Of a stretch of 64,000 nucleotides of DNA, positions 49,132-57,997 are shown one piece after another. Numbering within the stretch: position 1 is the stretch's first letter; every line of letters starts with the position of its first letter. The notes below the pieces were generated by a model. It saw only the letters and a program-made list of their open reading frames with translations. It did no database searches and had not been told where the DNA came from. The position numbers and the translations under genes were made by a program. This DNA is from a bacterium (GTDB taxonomy: Bacteria; Vulcanimicrobiota; Vulcanimicrobiia; Vulcanimicrobiales; Vulcanimicrobiaceae), in the NCBI GenBank assembly GCA_028869385.1, contig JAGWSR010000061.1, positions 3,526 through 67,525 on the forward strand. Reading direction: 5' to 3'.

Positions 49132-50372
49132 AGCCTACGATTGCATTGATAGACGCGCTACAGATCCTCGATTCGCGCGGCTCCCCGACCATCCGCGTCT
49201 TCACGCAGCTCTCTGACGGCTCCGCCGGCATCGCGAGTGCGCCATCCGGGAAGTCGACGGGCAAAGCCGAGAAGCTGGAGCTTCGCGACCGCGGAGGCGC
49301 CTTTTCGGGACGCGGTGTCCTGAATGCCGTGGAAAACGTACGCGGACTCGTCGGTCGCTACTTTTACGGCCGCGACGCGAGCGATCCCGCGGAGATCGAC
49401 CGTGCGCTCGTCGAGCTCGACGGCACGGCGGACCGTTCGAACCTCGGCGCCAACGCGATGGTCGCCGTTTCGATGGCTATTTGGCGCGCCGTTGCGCAAA
49501 GCCGTAGCCAGCCGCTCTGGAAGACGATAGCCCAGGACTGGGATCACAATCTTCCGGTCCCTCTTTTCAACGTCGTCAACGGCGGCGCGCACGCGTCAAA
49601 CGGGCTGCCTTTGCAAGAGTTCATGCTCGTTCCGCACGGCCTGCCCACGACGAGTGAAAGAATCCGATGCGGCGCCGAGGTCTACGCCCAGCTTCGTTCA
49701 GGCTTTGCCGAGGCCGGCATGTCCACAGGCGTCGGTGACGAGGGCGGCTTCATTTTCACCGGCAGACGCGTCGCCGACGCCATCGAGCTGATTATTCGCG
49801 CGATCGAGCGGGGTGGCTACGATGTCGGCGGCGAGGTCTCTCTCGCGATCGACGCTGCGGCGAACGGATTCCGCAACGACGACGGCACCTACAGTCCCGA
49901 ACGCGGCATGAAGCTTACCAGCGAAGAACTCTGCGAGTGGTGGTGCGCGCTCGTCGATAGCGCGCCGGTCGTCATGCTTGAGGATCCATTCCACGAAGAC
50001 GACGCCCGCGGCTGGGGAATGCTCACGCGACGTCTCCAGAGTCACATCACCCTCGTTGGCGACGACATCTTCGTTACCGATCAGGCACGCATACATCGTG
50101 CCGTTCTGGATGGCATCGCGAACGCCGCGCTGCTCAAACCAAACCAGATCGGCACCGTCAGTGAGACTATCGACGCCTGGGCCGAGGCTCGCCGAGGCGG
50201 ATACAAGACTGTCGTCTCGCACCGTTCGGGGGAGACGGCGGACACCTTCATCAGCGACCTCGCTGTCGGAATCGGTAGCGAATACTTGAAATCTGGCGCG
50301 CCGGCGCGCAGCGAGCGCGTGGAGAAATACAATCGGCTACTCGAGATCGAGCGTGAGATGGTGGCGCGGTGA
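49128..50372 (+). CDS. Divergent enolase paralog (riboswitch-controlled)
   Basis: Inner ATG of ORF 48996..50372. ILDSRGSPTI..APSGKSTGKAEKLELRD..GVGDEGGF..LAIDAAANGF..LEDPFHEDD..LVGDDIFVT..LLKPNQIGTVSET..SHRSGETADTFISDLAV..LKSGAPARSERVEKYN. All catalytic and Mg ligand positions are recognisable, but the active-site loop is altered. Confidence 0.85.
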   Translation: MKPTIALIDALQILDSRGSPTIRVFTQLSDGSAGIASAPSGKSTGKAEKLELRDRGGAFSGRGVLNAVENVRGLVGRYFYGRDASDPAEIDRALVELDGTADRSNLGANAMVAVSMAIWRAVAQSRSQPLWKTIAQDWDHNLPVPLFNVVNGGAHASNGLPLQEFMLVPHGLPTTSERIRCGAEVYAQLRSGFAEAGMSTGVGDEGGFIFTGRRVADAIELIIRAIERGGYDVGGEVSLAIDAAANGFRNDDGTYSPERGMKLTSEELCEWWCALVDSAPVVMLEDPFHEDDARGWGMLTRRLQSHITLVGDDIFVTDQARIHRAVLDGIANAALLKPNQIGTVSETIDAWAEARRGGYKTVVSHRSGETADTFISDLAVGIGSEYLKSGAPARSERVEKYNRLLEIEREMVAR

Positions 50373-52027
50373 TCGCAGTACGTATGGGCGATAGTAAACT
50401 GTTCGTGGGACTCGCGACGCTTGCGCGGCGCTATGGAGACGATGTGCTGCGCGGAGACATCGACTTCATCATCGATCAGTCATTGCATGATACGGCCTCG
50501 GTCGCCGTGATCGGGCAGTTCAAACGCGGCAAGAGCACCCTGTTGAATGCGCTGATCGGCGAGGACATTCTCCCAACAGGTCGGCTTCCGCTGACGGGCG
50601 TTACCACGCGTATTCTGCACGGCGACCGTGGAGCAGTCGTGCACTTCGCGGGCGGCCGAACGGAACGGGTTCCCCTGGACGATCTCAAGCTCTACGTCAC
50701 CGAAGAGCACAACCCGCGGAATCTCCGAGGCGTGACGCACGTCGACGTGACGCTGCCGCTCCCGATGCTTCTACATATCGTGTTCATCGATACTCCGGGC
50801 ATCGGGTCGACGTTCGCCCACAACACGCAGACCGCGTATGAAGCAAGCGAACGCATCGATCTCGCTCTTTTCATCACCGGCCCCGAGCCGCCGATAACGG
50901 GCGATGAGATCGCGTTCCTACGGCAGGCCCGAGAGCGCGCCGATCGCGTCATCGTCATCGTCGCTAAGATCGACCTGGTGCCGGGAAGCGAGGCGGAGAT
51001 ACTCGACTTCACACACCATGCGATCAAGGAAGCTGTGGGAACGGCCCTTCCCATCTATCCGCTAGACGCAACGCGCCCGGACGCGCGCATTGCAGCGCTG
51101 CGCGAAGTCATCACCGCCAGCATAGCGGAGGGCGAGGGAAATCTCGCCCGGCGTTCGCTCGCACGTCGCGCCCTCCGTGCGGCGGCGACCATTCGCCGCA
51201 GCATCGCGCTACAGCGAGCGGCGGCGCTCCTTCCAGCGTCGGAGCGCGAGCAGGCCCGCGTACGCTTCGGAGAGATCGCTGACGAGATCGCGGAGCGGGG
51301 CGCCGACCTCATTCGCGCGATCGAACAATTCCCAACAGAAGAGCTCGTATCCGTTGATGCGTTGCTCGAGACGCTTGCCCAAGAGGCCGAGACGGCCGTT
51401 TCGAGTGAGATTGAGCGCTTCGTTACGCTCGACGCCGCTGTCGGCGAGCGCGCACTGTATGAACGCATCGCTGAGTGCGAAACGCAGTGGTCAGCGCACG
51501 TGTCGTCGGCATTGGAGAAGCGGATCGTTAGGCGTCACTCTGCCACGCTACGCCTGGTCACCGAACTCGAACAGCGCTTCGCAGAAGCGGGAAGCGCTGC
51601 GCTGGGATTACGGTGGAATCCGGAGGACGAAGTCGATCGCGCCGAATTCGGAGTGCGGGAGGCCGCGACGCGTATGAACGGCCCGGTCCCGACGACGGGT
51701 TTGGAACTCTTTACCGGAGGGTTGATCGCGACGCTACCCGGATCGCTACGGGCGCATGTGCTACGTAAGCGCTATACGACGCTGATCGCCGAACTTCTCG
51801 ACCGCTCGAAGGGCCGCGTCCGATCGGCCGCTGTCCGATATCTCATGGAATGGCGTCTAGCGAACGTCGGTTTCGTTCGCGAGCGTCTTCTTTCGGCGCG
51901 CCGCATCGTCGAAGACGCCTTCGATAGCGCGGCGGAGACGGGCGACGAAACGGATCTCACGGCGGCTCTGGAGCGGATGAACGGCGACGAACGGATTCTC
52001 GATGCGGTTGTGGCGGCGTTCCCGTAG
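50369..52027 (+). CDS. Dynamin-like GTPase (bacterial DLP) 1
   Basis: GTG overlaps the enolase-paralog stop (GTGA). G1 is VIGQFKRGKSTLLNAL. G2 is LPLTGVTT. G3 is FIDTPGIGS. G4-like is VAKIDL. The C-terminal half is long and helical. Confidence 0.75.
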   Translation: MIAVRMGDSKLFVGLATLARRYGDDVLRGDIDFIIDQSLHDTASVAVIGQFKRGKSTLLNALIGEDILPTGRLPLTGVTTRILHGDRGAVVHFAGGRTERVPLDDLKLYVTEEHNPRNLRGVTHVDVTLPLPMLLHIVFIDTPGIGSTFAHNTQTAYEASERIDLALFITGPEPPITGDEIAFLRQARERADRVIVIVAKIDLVPGSEAEILDFTHHAIKEAVGTALPIYPLDATRPDARIAALREVITASIAEGEGNLARRSLARRALRAAATIRRSIALQRAAALLPASEREQARVRFGEIADEIAERGADLIRAIEQFPTEELVSVDALLETLAQEAETAVSSEIERFVTLDAAVGERALYERIAECETQWSAHVSSALEKRIVRRHSATLRLVTELEQRFAEAGSAALGLRWNPEDEVDRAEFGVREAATRMNGPVPTTGLELFTGGLIATLPGSLRAHVLRKRYTTLIAELLDRSKGRVRSAAVRYLMEWRLANVGFVRERLLSARRIVEDAFDSAAETGDETDLTAALERMNGDERILDAVVAAFP

Positions 52028-52733
52028 TCGTCTCTCCGAAGCGCTCGACGCGGTGTGCGGAAAGGACCGCGCGCGGCGCGATGTCCTCGCGCGAAGCGTC
52101 GGCTCTCCCTTCATCGAGAGCGACGTCGCGGCGGCGCTGCTCGGCGAAGATCTCTGGTATCCTCCGCTCGTCGAATTTAGGAAGTACCTGGAAACAGCGG
52201 TCGAGCGACCGCATCTCTGGGACTTCCCGTTTAGCGAGTCAGGACGTTGGCCGAGCTCCACGTGGCGGGCGCTCTCGCTGCACACGCGCATCGCCCGAGC
52301 GCGCATTGCCTCACCGGCTCACGAGTCAGATTTCGTTTTTGCCGCTCTTGCATTCGGAATGCGTGAGCGCGAACTTCGAACCGCATTTAAGGAACTGCTT
52401 GCGATCGGACTCTGCCGTGAGATCTGTCGTGGGATCTATCGCGTGTATGCTATCGCTCCTTTGGCGGCGCTCGATCATGATCTTCATCTTGTCAGAGTCA
52501 TTGCCCATTGGCTGGAGATGCTCGCGCAGGCCGATCACGTTGCTGAAGATCGGGCGCCTACTGGCTATGAGGTTCACGGTTACGTCGAAGCCTGCACCTG
52601 CTGCAAGAAGCGGTGGGGTATCCGTCCACGTGCGCCGGATTGGGTACCGCCGTTTCACCCGGGCTGCCGCTGTTTCGCGCAGCCGCGATTTGCGAGTCGA
52701 ATACCACCAATCAACATGGAGGAATCTCGGTGA
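52002..52733 (+). CDS. Hypothetical protein with C-terminal Phage_Mu_F/SPP1 gp7-like motif
   Basis: ORF 52002..52733. The C-terminal ..WVPPFHPGCRCFAQP resembles the PP.H.NCRC signature I recall from MuF-like head-morphogenesis and polymorphic-toxin domains. It overlaps DLP1 by 26 nt. Confidence 0.5.
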   Translation: MRLWRRSRSRLSEALDAVCGKDRARRDVLARSVGSPFIESDVAAALLGEDLWYPPLVEFRKYLETAVERPHLWDFPFSESGRWPSSTWRALSLHTRIARARIASPAHESDFVFAALAFGMRERELRTAFKELLAIGLCREICRGIYRVYAIAPLAALDHDLHLVRVIAHWLEMLAQADHVAEDRAPTGYEVHGYVEACTCCKKRWGIRPRAPDWVPPFHPGCRCFAQPRFASRIPPINMEESR

Positions 52734-52888
52734 CCGTCCCAGGCAAGGAACATCCAGACTACTGGCTTTACGAGCAGCTGCAGACGATTCAGATGCTGCT
52801 TCTCGCGATGGCCCTCGAACAGGAAGGCCAAGAACAAGAATCGTCGGATCTTCTCGACGAAGCGCGTAAGAGGATAATCGGAGCATGA
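52730..52888 (+). CDS. Small acidic ORF (52 aa)
   Basis: GTG overlaps the upstream stop (GTGA) and its stop overlaps the downstream ATG (ATGA). VTVPGKEHPDYWLYEQLQTIQMLLLAMALEQEGQEQESSDLLDEARKRIIGA. Confidence 0.3.
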   Translation: MTVPGKEHPDYWLYEQLQTIQMLLLAMALEQEGQEQESSDLLDEARKRIIGA

Positions 52889-53967
52889 GAGGGCGTTACG
52901 TACCACTCGTGATGCTGACCCTCGTCGCACTCGCCGGAGCGGCGGTACCATCGCGCGATGCACTGATGCCGCGCTACGCCCATATCTTCGTGATCATGGA
53001 AGAGAACAAGGACTACGGCGAGATCGTTGGCAGCCCTGATGCGCCGGCGATTACGGGCCTCGCGAAAACCTACGGCGTCGCGACCGAGTTCTATGCCGAG
53101 ACGCACCCGAGCGAGCCGAACTACGTAGCGCTCGTTGGCGGCTACACCTACGGTATTCGAGACGACGACGCATTCTATTGCCGACCAAACGATGCCCGTC
53201 CGCTCTGCCCCCACGCCGAGCGCTCTGGCTATGTGAATCACACCATCGATGAGCCGAATCTCGCGACGCAGCTCGAGTCCGAGCATCTCACTTGGAAGAA
53301 CTACAACGAATCGCTTCCGGAACCGGGATCGCTCGTCGTCATCGCGACGGACGAGAAGGCAAAGGACGTTCCCGCTGCTCTTCCCGTGTACGCCTCAAAG
53401 CACTCGGGCTTCGTGAACTTCGCTTCCGTGCAGAATGATCCGAATCGCAAGACCCGCCTGGTCGGGTTCGATGCCCTTCGGCAAGATCTCGCATCCGGCA
53501 ACGTTCCAAGTTTTTCGTTCATCATTCCGAACTTGTGCGATGAGATGCATGGCGCGGGCGACGAGGATGGTGCGCCCGAAGACTGTAGCTACTCCCATCT
53601 CCATAAGCTCGTCTGGCGGGGCGACGAGAACGTCCACGCCCTCGTCACGGCCATCATGGCTTCCCCCGTGTGGAAGGCGTCGTCGAATGCCGCCATTGTC
53701 ATCACGTTCGACGAAGACGACCACGGCGGCAAGGCGCATTGCTGTGGCGCGGACACGAATGACCCCGCGAATTCCGGCGGCGGGCACATCGCGACGATCG
53801 TGGTGACGAATCATGGACCGCGCGGCGTTGTCGATCCAACACCATACAGCCACTACTCGCTGCTGCGGACGATCGAGGACGCCTTCGGCATTCACGAATA
53901 TCTCCGCCTCGCGGGCGCGCCGGGTGTGGTTCCGATGACACCGCTCTTTGCAACGCAGAGCCGATAA
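52885..53967 (+). CDS. Secreted phosphoesterase-family protein (AcpA/phospholipase C-like)
   Basis: Signal peptide: ..VMLTLVALAGAAVP. HIFVIMEENKDYGEIVG... ..SEPNYVALVGG.. ..CDEMHG... The order is consistent with the PF04185-type phosphoesterase fold. This is a moderate-confidence call from memory. Confidence 0.6.
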   Translation: MRGRYVPLVMLTLVALAGAAVPSRDALMPRYAHIFVIMEENKDYGEIVGSPDAPAITGLAKTYGVATEFYAETHPSEPNYVALVGGYTYGIRDDDAFYCRPNDARPLCPHAERSGYVNHTIDEPNLATQLESEHLTWKNYNESLPEPGSLVVIATDEKAKDVPAALPVYASKHSGFVNFASVQNDPNRKTRLVGFDALRQDLASGNVPSFSFIIPNLCDEMHGAGDEDGAPEDCSYSHLHKLVWRGDENVHALVTAIMASPVWKASSNAAIVITFDEDDHGGKAHCCGADTNDPANSGGGHIATIVVTNHGPRGVVDPTPYSHYSLLRTIEDAFGIHEYLRLAGAPGVVPMTPLFATQSR

Positions 53968-55196
53968 TGAACCCGATCGAGCTTTCCTCGCACAAGCGAA
54001 AGCGCAATCGTTCGCTCGCGTTCGTCTTGCTTATCGGCGTTCTGAGTCTTTTCGCGGACTTCGCGTATGAGGGAGCGCGCAGCGTCACGGGGCCGTTCTT
54101 GGCGTTGCTGGGCGCAGGCGCAGTCGTCATCAGCAGTGTGGGCGGCTTTGGTGAGCTCCTCGGTTACGGGTTGCGGCTCGTGTCGGGCCCGCTGGCCGAA
54201 CGCACGGGCCGCTATTGGCTGATTACGATCGTTGGCTACGTCATCCAGCTTACGTCCGTTCCACTCCTCGCTTTCGCGCGCACCTGGCCGGAGGCTGCAC
54301 TCCTGATCCTCCTCGAGCGCACGGGGCGCGCCATCCGCAATCCACCGCGCGACGCGATGCTTTCGTTCGCTGCGAAGGAGATGGGTTACGGGTGGGGATT
54401 CGGCGTGCATGAGGCACTCGATCAGTGCGGTGCGCTCATCGGTCCCCTCGTCGTCGCCGCGATGCTAGCTGCGCGGCATTCTTATAATATGGCGTTCGCT
54501 GCATTGGCGATCCCGGTGCTCATTGTGTTCGCGCTTCTCGTGACGAGCCGCATCCTCTATCCAAAGCCGCAGGATCTAGAAGCCGAGGTCCTCGACATCC
54601 GCGGCTCCGGGCTGCCCAAGGTCTACTGGATCTATCTCGTCGGGGCTGCGTTCGTAGCCGCCGGCTTCGCCGATTTCTCGCTGATGGCGTTCCATCTGCA
54701 GCAGGGTGTCCCGCTACAGCCCTCCATGGTGCCGATCTTCTACGCCATCGCCATGGCCGTGAGCGGTATTTGTTCGTTGGTCTTTGGGAAGCTCTTCGAT
54801 CGATACGGCATGATCGTCTTGCTGCCGCTGACGCTCGTCGGCGCGGCCTTCGCTCCGCTCGTCTTCCTCGGCGGCTTTTGGGCATCGCTCCTTGGCATCG
54901 CCATTTGGGGCCTCGGGATGGGGGTCCACGAGTCGATCATCCCCGCTGCCGTTGCACATATGGTTCCTCCTTCGCGGAGGCCGTCGAGCTACGGCATTTT
55001 CACCGGTGTCTATGGCATCGCGTGGTTTCTCGGAAGCGTCGTGATCGGTCTGCTGTACGCGAAGAACATTGGCGCGCTCGTGGCGTTCTGCGTCCTCACG
55101 CAACTCGCTGCGATCCCCATCTTCATTTGGGTCGTTCGGCGCCTCCCGCTAAAGCACTCTGATGCACAACTACCGCCATTCGGGAGGGAAAACTAA
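53967..55196 (+). CDS. Major facilitator superfamily transporter
   Basis: About 12 TM helices. ..LAERTGRY.. loop motif. TAATG overlap with the upstream gene. Confidence 0.75.
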   Translation: MNPIELSSHKRKRNRSLAFVLLIGVLSLFADFAYEGARSVTGPFLALLGAGAVVISSVGGFGELLGYGLRLVSGPLAERTGRYWLITIVGYVIQLTSVPLLAFARTWPEAALLILLERTGRAIRNPPRDAMLSFAAKEMGYGWGFGVHEALDQCGALIGPLVVAAMLAARHSYNMAFAALAIPVLIVFALLVTSRILYPKPQDLEAEVLDIRGSGLPKVYWIYLVGAAFVAAGFADFSLMAFHLQQGVPLQPSMVPIFYAIAMAVSGICSLVFGKLFDRYGMIVLLPLTLVGAAFAPLVFLGGFWASLLGIAIWGLGMGVHESIIPAAVAHMVPPSRRPSSYGIFTGVYGIAWFLGSVVIGLLYAKNIGALVAFCVLTQLAAIPIFIWVVRRLPLKHSDAQLPPFGREN

Positions 55197-56494
55197 TGCT
55201 TACTCGCCACGACGCTGTCGCAATCTCGAAGGAGATACTGAGTCTGGTCTTCGGGGAAGGTTATACTTCGAGATTCTCCGTCCAATTGTGGGATGGCAAT
55301 GTTCTCGGAAACCCCGACGTCGCGCCCTTCACACTTCTACTCAACGATCCGAGTACGTTACGGGCAGCGCTACGACCACCGATAGATTTGAACGCTGGAA
55401 GCGCGTTCGCGTCCGGTTTGTTTGATTGCCGAGGTGATCTCGAAGCGGCCGTCGACGAAATACTCAACGCGATGAACCGACTATCACCGACGACCGTTCT
55501 GCGTGTCGGACTGCTGTCACGACGCCTGCCGAAGGCGTTAAGCCCGCAGTTGCAAGGCGCGCGCCTGGAGGGGAAACAGCATTCGCAAAAGCGCGACCGT
55601 AAAGCCGTCTCGTTCCACTACGATCAGCCAGTGCCGTTTTACGGATCGTTCCTCGATCCCGAACTCGTTTATTCATGCGCATACTTCGACGATGGCGTAG
55701 CGGACCTTGATGAGGCGCAAACTCGAAAGATCGATTACACCCTCGCAAAGGTGCGGCTGGCGCCGGGTGAGCGGCTGCTCGACATCGGGTGTGGGTGGGG
55801 CGCTCTTGTCATCCGCGCCGCGCAGAAGTTCGGCGCATCGGCATTGGGAATCACGCTCAGCACGACGCAATATGAAGAAGCGCGGCGGAGAATCGAACAG
55901 GCCGGCGTCGGGCACTTAGCCCACGTCGAACTTCGCGACTATCGCGACCTACCGAAACAGTCCTTTGACAAGTGCGTGAGCATCGGCATGTTCGAGCATG
56001 TCGGAGCGCGGATGCTGCCGACGTACTTTCGAACGGTTTTTGACCTGTTGAAGCCGGGCGGTTTGTTCCTCAATCATGGAATCGCGGAACAGACCCCAGG
56101 GAGAAGGGGCGGGAAGGTCAGCGGCTTCATGAAGCGATTCGTCTTCCCCGACGGGGAACTCGTCGCGGTATCGCGCGCACTTCTCGATGCGGAACGGTCC
56201 GGATTCGAAGTACGCGACGTCGAGAGCCTCCGCGAGCACTATGCCGAGACGCTGCGCCACTGGGTCCGCAATCTCGAACGGAACCGCGATATGGCCATAG
56301 CCATCGGCGGCGAGCAGACGTACCGAGTCTGGCGCCTCTATATGGCCGGCAGCGCGCAAGGCTTCCGATCCGGGAGGCTAGGCGTCTTCCAGTCACTCCT
56401 GGCCAGGCCGACGCCGTCGGGAGGCGTACCGATTCCCTCAACGAGACGTGATCTCTATGCCACGAACGCCCTCATAGGTCAATCAGCTTTTTAG
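55196..56494 (+). CDS. Cyclopropane-fatty-acyl-phospholipid synthase-family SAM methyltransferase
   Basis: SFHYDQPVPFYGSFLDPELVYSCAYF.. LLDIGCGWGALVIRAA.. SIGMFEHVG... HWVRNLE. TAATG overlap with the MFS gene. Confidence 0.8.
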   Translation: MLTRHDAVAISKEILSLVFGEGYTSRFSVQLWDGNVLGNPDVAPFTLLLNDPSTLRAALRPPIDLNAGSAFASGLFDCRGDLEAAVDEILNAMNRLSPTTVLRVGLLSRRLPKALSPQLQGARLEGKQHSQKRDRKAVSFHYDQPVPFYGSFLDPELVYSCAYFDDGVADLDEAQTRKIDYTLAKVRLAPGERLLDIGCGWGALVIRAAQKFGASALGITLSTTQYEEARRRIEQAGVGHLAHVELRDYRDLPKQSFDKCVSIGMFEHVGARMLPTYFRTVFDLLKPGGLFLNHGIAEQTPGRRGGKVSGFMKRFVFPDGELVAVSRALLDAERSGFEVRDVESLREHYAETLRHWVRNLERNRDMAIAIGGEQTYRVWRLYMAGSAQGFRSGRLGVFQSLLARPTPSGGVPIPSTRRDLYATNALIGQSAF

Positions 56495-57997
56495 GAACTG
56501 CGCCGCTTCGCCGAAGACCCGATAATAGATGTCCTCGCCGTAGCTCGTTGGGAGCGGTTCCTCTTCCGCCAGCCTAAAGGAACGCTCCCCGTCGTCGCTT
56601 CGCGGTGCGCGCAGAAACAGCGTAGTGTCCTTGCGTTCCACCCAGAGGCGATGCGCGAATTCGTAGAGATGGGTGACGAAGGCGACCTCGACGCCAGAAT
56701 CCACGAGTGCTTCCGCAATCTGGCGTGCGATCTCCGACCCTTCGCGGTCATTGGTCGCAGCGAAGGACTCATTGAAAAGGACGAATGCGTTAGGGGACAG
56801 CTCAGCGACCATGTCGTTCATGCGCTTCAACTCCTCGTCGAACTTCCCGCTCTCCATGCTCGCATCTTCCTCGCGCTTGTAGTGCGTAAACACCCCCGAC
56901 GAAAGAGAGGCGCGGTAGGAGTTCGCGGGAACGAACATTCCGCATTCCATCATGAGCTGCGCAATGCCGAGGCTTCGGAGGAACGTCGACTTCCCTCCGC
57001 GATTCGCTCCGGTTATCACGATCATCGATTTGCCGTCAGCGGCGGCATCGTTTCCGACGATACGTTCTTTTGCAAGCAAAGAAAGACACGCATCATAGAG
57101 GTTGGCGCCATCTCGGATCCTCGCGCCGGCCGGGGATATGGCGGGGAAACACGTCGGCTCGCCCTTTGCCGTAAGCTGTTCCTGTAGGTTGACGCAGCCG
57201 AGATAGAAGGCGAGTTCCGAACGCAACGTCGTGAAGAACGCCAAGATATGCTCAGTCGACTGCCCGAGCGCGTCGGCGACGAGATTGATTCCGCGGTCTC
57301 CGAGCTCGGATAGCGCACGCATCCCGCTCTCGTCGCGAGGAGGGATATGATAGGTCAGCCCATCCTCCGCCGGCGGCAGTATGCGCTCAATCCAGTTCTT
57401 GTTCGGCCGCACGAACTCGCGCAGGACGTAATCCGTGCCGTGGTTTCCCTTTCCGAGCCGCACGCTCATCAGGATCCCATCCGGGAACTCCACTGTTTTC
57501 AGCAACCCGTCGACCTTCGCGAGATAGTCGTCTTCGAGTTCGGTCTCTAGCATCGAGAAGAATCGCCTAAATCCGTCGGACGCAAACCAGTCCGCATGCG
57601 CCTCGGCAATCAGGCGCATCCGCTTCAGGATTGCAAGGAACATCGGTAAGATATCGCGCCCGCGCCGTAAGATCGTCGAGGGGTATCGCGATGTCAAGCC
57701 CCAAAACGACCGCCGCTCTTCCGTGATGGCCTCCTCGGCGAGGGCATATATCTCGCGGACGATCTCCCGATGGGCAAGACAATCGCGCAGCACGGCTTGA
57801 CGATAAAGGAGTGCGTCGACGTCGCGGAGCCCGCCCAGTACCACCTTCGGCGCGACCGTCGGGATCACGCGGTCCTCGCCGGCCATGGCGTCGAAGAGCG
57901 TTTGGAGTCCGAGGTCCTGGATAAGGTCGTCCGCGTTCTTCGGCAGCTTCGTGTCCCAGTCGAAGTCCCGCTCGCGATGAAGCAGAAACGCCTTCAC
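56483..57997 (-). CDS. MutS-related ABC-type ATPase (domain III/V only, no mismatch-binding or Smr domain) B
   Basis: GTG start overlaps the upstream stop (TAGTG). ..MIVITGANRGGKSTFLRSLG..SGKFDEELKRMN..LFNESFAATNDREG..FVTHLYEF. Confidence 0.75.
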   Translation of the reverse strand: MKAFLLHRERDFDWDTKLPKNADDLIQDLGLQTLFDAMAGEDRVIPTVAPKVVLGGLRDVDALLYRQAVLRDCLAHREIVREIYALAEEAITEERRSFWGLTSRYPSTILRRGRDILPMFLAILKRMRLIAEAHADWFASDGFRRFFSMLETELEDDYLAKVDGLLKTVEFPDGILMSVRLGKGNHGTDYVLREFVRPNKNWIERILPPAEDGLTYHIPPRDESGMRALSELGDRGINLVADALGQSTEHILAFFTTLRSELAFYLGCVNLQEQLTAKGEPTCFPAISPAGARIRDGANLYDACLSLLAKERIVGNDAAADGKSMIVITGANRGGKSTFLRSLGIAQLMMECGMFVPANSYRASLSSGVFTHYKREEDASMESGKFDEELKRMNDMVAELSPNAFVLFNESFAATNDREGSEIARQIAEALVDSGVEVAFVTHLYEFAHRLWVERKDTTLFLRAPRSDDGERSFRLAEEEPLPTSYGEDIYYRVFGEAAQFLKS

